The notes beneath the pieces are model-generated. The model saw nothing but the letters and a program-made list of their open reading frames with translations. It had not been told where the DNA came from and made no database searches. From Nemertoderma westbladi (lineage: Eukaryota; Animalia; Xenacoelomorpha), in contig JAUCBJ010005760.1 of NCBI GenBank assembly GCA_032718475.1, positions 20,450-84,449 on the forward strand: a stretch of DNA of 64,000 nucleotides, written 5' to 3'. How positions within the stretch are numbered: position 1 is the first letter of the stretch; each line of letters starts with the position of its first letter. Below are positions 62,301 to 64,000 of this stretch, piece by piece. Both the position numbers and the translations under genes were made by a program.

Positions 62301-64000
62301 CACCCCTACCTTCGGGTACCAGAAAGGAGTAGCGCCCACCCCTACCTTCGGGTAGCAGATAGGAATAGCGCCCACCCGTACCTTCCGGTATCAGAAAGGA
62401 GTAGCGCCCCCCCCCCCCCCCCCCTTCGGGTAGCAGATAGGAGTAGCGCCCACCCCTACCTTCGGGTAGCAGATAGGAGTAGCACCCACCCGTACCTTCG
62501 GGTAGCAGATAGGATTAGCCCCACCCCTACCTTCGGGTACCAGATAGGAGTAGCGCCCACCCATACCTTCGGGTAGAAGATAGGAGTAGCGCCCGCTCCT
62601 ACCTTCGGGTAGCAGATAGGAGTAGCGCCCACCCCTACCTTCGGGTAGAAGATAGGAGTAGCGTCCACCCCTACCTTTGGGTAGCAGATATGAGTAGCGC
62701 CCGCCCCTACCTTCGGGTAGAAGATAGGAGTAGCCCCACCCCTACCTTTGGGTACCAGATAGGAGTAGCGCCCACCCCTACCTTTGGGTAGAAGATAGGA
62801 GTGGCGTCCACCCCTACCTTCGGGTACCAGATAGGAGTACCGCACACCCGTACCTTCGGGTAGCAGATAGAAGTAGCCCCACCCCTACATTCGGGTACCA
62901 GAAAGGAGTAGCGCCCATCCCTACTTTCGGGTATCAGATAGGAATAGTGCCCACCCGTACCTTCGGGTATCAGAAAGGAGTGGCGCCCCCCCCCCCCCCC
63001 CCACCCCCCCCCCCCTTCTGGTAGCAGATAGGAGTAGCGCCCACCCCTACCTTCGGGTAGCAGATAGGAGTAGCGCCCACCCGTACCTTCGGGTATCAGA
63101 AAGGAGTAGCGCCCACCCCTACCTTCGGGTAGCAGATAGGAGTAGCGCCCACCCCTACCTTCGTGTAGCAGATAGGAGTAGCGCCCACCCCTTCCTTCGG
63201 GTAGCAGATAGGAATAGCGCCCACCCGTACCTTCAGGTATCAGAAAGGAGTAGCGCCCCCCCCCCCCCCCTTCGGGTAGCAGATAGGAGAAGCGCCCACC
63301 CCTACCTTCGGGTAGCAGATAGGAGTAGCGCCCACCCGTACCTTCGGGTAGCAGATAGGAGTGGCGCCCACCCCTACCTTTGGGTAGCAGATAGGAGTAG
63401 CGCCCACCCCTACCTTCGTGTAGCAGATAGGAGTAGCGCCCACCCCTACCTTCGGGTAGCAGATAGGAGTAGCCCAACCCCTACCTTCGGGTACCAGATA
63501 GGAGTAGCGCCCACCCCTACCTTCGGGTAGAAGATAGGAGTAGCGCCCACCCCTACCTTCGGGTAGCAGATAGGAGTAGCGCCCCCCCCCCCCCCCCCCC
63601 TTCGGGTAGCAGATAGGAGTAGCGCCCACCCCTACCTTCGGGTAGCAGATAGGAGTAGCGCCCACCCGTACCTTCGGGTAGCAGATAGGAGTAGCGCCCA
63701 CCCCTACCTTTGGGTAGCAGATAGGAGTAGCGCCCACCCCTACCTTCGTGTAGCAGATAGGAGTAGCGCCCACCCCTACCTTCGGGTAGCAGATAGGAGT
63801 AGCCCAACCCCTACCTTCGGGTACCAGATAGGAGTAGCGCCCACCCCTACCTTCGGGTAGAAGATAGGAGTAGCGCCCACCCCTACCTTCGCGTAGCAGA
63901 TAGGAGTAGCGCACACCCATACCTTCGGGTAGCAGATAGAAGTAGCCCCACCCCTACCTTCGGGTACCAGAAAGGAGTAGCGCCCACCCCTACCTTCGGG
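59361..64000. repeat. 36-bp satellite (right block, runs off window) with higher-order duplications
   Basis: More than 120 copies of the same unit, with poly-C variants; large blocks recur (e.g. 60675-61064 vs 62456-62845). Confidence 0.97.

Noticed and set aside
59271-63920. RYSYLLPEGRGG / GATPICYPKVGV repeat ORFs
   Set aside because: By-products of a 36-bp unit with stop-free frames; frequent frameshifts at poly-C and 35-bp units.

Overview
AT-rich, intron-containing DNA, apparently from an invertebrate animal, dominated by transposable elements and tandem repeats. A plus-strand THSD7-like (thrombospondin type-1 repeat) gene has recognisable exons at about 24.0, 25.1-25.9, 27.3-27.5, 51.9-52.1 and 52.8-53.1 kb. 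Upstream of it is a full-length, young BEL/Pao LTR retrotransposon (4428-18563; 539-bp LTRs, ACTTA target-site duplication). In the env position this element carries an intact ~850-aa extra ORF with a DEDD/RNase D-WRN-like 3'-5' exonuclease domain and three CCHC zinc knuckles. The gene's introns hold a second, minus-strand BEL/Pao element, a Ty3/gypsy element inside a 36-bp satellite, a 24-bp satellite, a 258-bp tandem array, MITEs, a SINE-like head and a LINE fragment; a larger RTE-like LINE lies just upstream of the first coding exon. The second BEL element has about ten dispersed copies of a 20-nt hairpin, including one compensatory change, and a decayed, apparently spliced, Arg-rich extra ORF. 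All family assignments come from reading motifs by eye; no searches were run.
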